A stretch of DNA of 59,317 bases. Source: Rhodospirillales bacterium (lineage in GTDB: Bacteria > Pseudomonadota > Alphaproteobacteria > Reyranellales > Reyranellaceae). The notes beneath the pieces were generated by a model. The model saw only the letters and a program-made list of their open reading frames with translations, was not told the origin of the DNA and searched no databases. Shown one piece after another: positions 56,702 through 59,317 of the stretch (position 1 is its first letter; each line of letters begins with the position of its first letter). A program made the position numbers and the translations under genes. The stretch covers positions 1 to 59,317 of the forward strand of contig PLYQ01000166.1 of the NCBI GenBank assembly GCA_003153415.1, given 5' to 3'.

Positions 56702-56740
56702 TCGTGTACGCACGATGGCCAGACAGCCCGTGCGAGTCAA
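56702..56740 (-). promoter_or_regulatory. Sigma70-type promoter with an overlapping palindromic operator
   Basis: Minus strand TTGACT-N17-CATCGT; palindrome TCGTG-TACG-CACGA (56702-56715) overlaps the -10 box and expected start site. Confidence 0.55.
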
Positions 56741-56754
56741 ACGATTGAGTTGGC

Positions 56755-57225
56755 TCAGACGATCTTGGACAGGAGTTCGAGAAGCTGGCGCTGCTCGGGG
56801 CCGCTCAGCGGCTTCAGCGTCTCGCGCGATACGGCGGGGCCGTTCATCAGGAGCTTGTTCACCGTACGCTGGCCGTCGGTGGTGAGGCTGAGCAGCGTGC
56901 GCCGCGCATCGCCGGGATCGGGTCGCGAGTCGACCAGCCTGCGGTCCTTCAGGCGGCGCACCACGCCCTGCATGGTCGCCTTGTCCATGCCGACCAGACG
57001 GCCGAGCAGATTCTGCGACAGCTCGCTGTACTCGTTCAGCTTGACCATGCTGGAGTACTGCGTCGGTGTGATGTTGGGATCACCGATCGAGACTTGGAAG
57101 ATCGCGCTGGCGCGCTGATGTGCACGTCGCAGCAGATAGCCGACTTGCTCTTCGATGCGGTATGGCCGCGACGCCGAACTTGCGGCGGTCTTCGGCTCCT
57201 GCTGTTTCTTTGCGACGTTCCGCAT
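56755..57225 (-). CDS. MarR-family regulator (NicR-like by context)
   Basis: EQVGYLLRRAHQRA..IF, TPTQY, SQNLLGRLVGMD.ATMQGVV.RL, DP.DARR. Confidence 0.88.
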   Translation of the reverse strand: MRNVAKKQQEPKTAASSASRPYRIEEQVGYLLRRAHQRASAIFQVSIGDPNITPTQYSSMVKLNEYSELSQNLLGRLVGMDKATMQGVVRRLKDRRLVDSRPDPGDARRTLLSLTTDGQRTVNKLLMNGPAVSRETLKPLSGPEQRQLLELLSKIV

Positions 57226-57445
57226 CGCCCCCCGCCTTGCGAACTCCTTGGCTACACCGACTGCGCGCGCCGCACAACGGTCACATAACACCCCGATGCC
57301 GAAGGTGAATGAGCCCCCCTTGACTCATGCGCGCCGAGGAGGCAGCGCGTATCACTCGGTCGGCTGCAACCTGTTCCCTTCCGACCGAAAAGTTTCTTCA
57401 TCACCGCCGACGACTTCGATGTTGCGCGGAACCCGAGGACCCACC

Positions 57446-58648
57446 ATGCCCGGCGCACTCGATGGTATCCGGATCGTCGACCTCACCAACGTCATCCTCG
57501 GCCCCTATGGCACAATGTTGCTCGCCGACCAGGGCGCTGAGGTCATCAAGGTCGAGGCGCCCGAAGGCGATGCGGTGCGCCATATCGGCAAGCCCGCCAA
57601 GACGCCGGGCATGGGCCCGACCTATCTCTACGTGAACCGGAACAAACGTTCGCTCTGCCTCGACCTCAAGAACCCGACGGCACGGGCAGCGCTCCTCAAG
57701 GTGATCGAGACCGCCGATGCCTTCGTCCACGCCCTGCGCCCGCAGGCCATCGAAGGGTTGGGGCTCGGCTACGAGGCCATCCGCAAAATAAAGCCCGACA
57801 TCGTCTATGTCGGCGCCTACGGCTTTTCAGCCGATGGTCCTTATGGAAAATTGCCGGCCTATGACGACGCCATCCAGGCCCGCTTCGGCATCGCCCATCT
57901 GATGGGCCGGGCCGCCGGCGACGACGTGCCGCGCTATCCGCCAACCATTCTTGCCGACAAGACGGTGGGGCTCACCTTCGCCTTCTCGACCCTGTCGGCC
58001 CTGATGCACCGCCAGCGCACCGGTGAGGGCCAGTTCGTCGAGGTGCCGATGTTCGAAACCATGGCCGCCTGGCTGATGGTCGAACATCTGTGGGAGCGGA
58101 CTTTCAGCGACGAGGGCGAGGTCGGCTACTCCCGCCTGCTGTCGCGCACGCGCAAGCCCTACCGCACGCTCGACGGCTGGCTGGCGATCCTGCCGTACAT
58201 CGACAAGCACTGGCGCAATTTCTTCGAGATCGTCGGCCGGCCCGAGGTGCTGAAGGATCCGCGCTATTCGACCCTCAATGCGCGCTCCCTGCATATCGGC
58301 GACATGTACAGCATGGTCGAGGCGCTCGCGCCCACCAAGACCACCGCCGAATGGGTAAGGCTGCTCGACAAGGCCGAGATCCCCAATGCGCCGGTGTCCA
58401 CGCCGGCTGACCTGTTCGAGGACCCGCATCTCGTGTGGCGGCAGCTCTTCAAGAAGTACCCGCATCCCAGCGAAGGCGAGATCATGATGGTCGAGCCGCC
58501 GATACGCATGAGTCGCACCCCACCCGCGATCCGGACGATGGCGCCGCTGCAGGGCGCCGATTCGCGTGCCGTGCTGGCCGAAGCCGGGGTCAGCACCGCC
58601 GATATCGAGGCGCTGAAGCAGGCGGGAGCCCTGATCGAGCCGTCTTAG
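57446..58648 (+). CDS. CaiB/BaiF family III CoA-transferase
   Basis: LDGIRIVDL, GPYG...LADQGAEVIKVE.PEGD, NRNKRS..LDLK, PAYDDAIQA. Confidence 0.92.
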   Translation: MPGALDGIRIVDLTNVILGPYGTMLLADQGAEVIKVEAPEGDAVRHIGKPAKTPGMGPTYLYVNRNKRSLCLDLKNPTARAALLKVIETADAFVHALRPQAIEGLGLGYEAIRKIKPDIVYVGAYGFSADGPYGKLPAYDDAIQARFGIAHLMGRAAGDDVPRYPPTILADKTVGLTFAFSTLSALMHRQRTGEGQFVEVPMFETMAAWLMVEHLWERTFSDEGEVGYSRLLSRTRKPYRTLDGWLAILPYIDKHWRNFFEIVGRPEVLKDPRYSTLNARSLHIGDMYSMVEALAPTKTTAEWVRLLDKAEIPNAPVSTPADLFEDPHLVWRQLFKKYPHPSEGEIMMVEPPIRMSRTPPAIRTMAPLQGADSRAVLAEAGVSTADIEALKQAGALIEPS

Positions 58649-58657
58649 CCCTCCGAC

Positions 58658-59317
58658 TTAGCGCCCCACGGCGAGCTCTGCCGCCGCCAGGTCCTCGAGG
58701 GCGGCCCCCACCGATTTGAAGAGAGTGATGCTGGTTCTGTCGCCCGGCGGACGTCCGGCCCGCTGGCCGCGCGCCAGTTCGAAGAGGTCGGCGATGACGT
58801 CGCCCGAGCCGATCGTGCCGTTGGCCAGCGGCTGGACGATGTCGCCCGCCTCCTTGCAGGCACCGGCGCGGGTGTCGACATAGACGCGGGCGCGCCGCAC
58901 CGCAGCGTCATCGCTTTCGCGCATGTCGGGCATATAGGCACCCACCAGATCGATGTGTTGGCCCTGGCGCAGCCAGTCACCCTCGACCAGCGGCGTCTTG
59001 GACAGGGTGGCGCAGGAGACGATGTCCGCCTCGGCCACTGCCTGCCGTCGGTCGGCAGCCGCGCGCACCTCGATCGGCCGGCCGAGGGCTACCGGAAGCG
59101 ATCGACCGAGTTCGCCGGCAAGACGTTGCGCCTCAGCTGGACGGCGGCCCCAGATCGCGACCTCCCGGATCGGCCGCACCTTGGCATGGACGCGGATGAG
59201 ATGGGGTGCCAGAGCACCGGCGCCGATCATCAGGAGTTTTGTCGACGCAGGGTGCGACAGGTAGCGCGAGGCGAGCCCCGACGCGCAGGCGGTCCGCCGC
59301 TTGGTGAGTTCGGTGCC
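58658..59317 (-). CDS. Ornithine cyclodeaminase/mu-crystallin family protein, 5' end outside the window
   Basis: LTKRRTACASGLA, IGAGALA, ADIVSCAT, HIDLVGAY, EAGDI, LFKSVGAALEDLAAA. Confidence 0.88.
   Translation of the reverse strand, partial: GTELTKRRTACASGLASRYLSHPASTKLLMIGAGALAPHLIRVHAKVRPIREVAIWGRRPAEAQRLAGELGRSLPVALGRPIEVRAAADRRQAVAEADIVSCATLSKTPLVEGDWLRQGQHIDLVGAYMPDMRESDDAAVRRARVYVDTRAGACKEAGDIVQPLANGTIGSGDVIADLFELARGQRAGRPPGDRTSITLFKSVGAALEDLAAAELAVGR

Overview
High-GC alphaproteobacterial chromosomal DNA (Reyranella-like gene content; this is my inference). The left part (1-12 kb) holds xdhAB with a translationally coupled hisC, two PuuE-like deacetylase-fold genes and a minus-strand run SDR > secreted protein > crcB > HI0933-family flavoprotein > M14 peptidase. 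The centre is a 16,080-bp tyrosine-integrase element bounded by the 12-bp direct repeat GCCTTGCAGAGG (12061-12072, 28141-28152), with paired TGTGTCCCC arm sites. It has inserted into codons 4-7 of the SDR gene, leaving the native RBS and ATG stranded at 28161 in front of a TAG, while offering an in-frame replacement 5' end. The element has an int / structured RNA / xis / wHTH / Prim-Pol core and a relic second replication gene with four phased iterons. The same structured cis-motif follows both replication genes. Cargo is exported proteins, a trypsin-like protease and several gene relics (SNase, P63C, SRAP). The right part (28-59 kb) holds queC and a VUT transporter, stress genes, ArsR-SRPBCC, a TPR-Kazal protein, an RND pump, amidase-nadX and a MarR-linked nicotinate-catabolism-like operon: Mo-hydroxylase, 6-hydroxynicotinate reductase, UPF0280, ABC transporter and an orphan hydantoinase/oxoprolinase subunit, with no enamidase in the window. 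I saw no tRNA, rRNA or CRISPR array. All family calls come from motif recognition by eye, not database searches.
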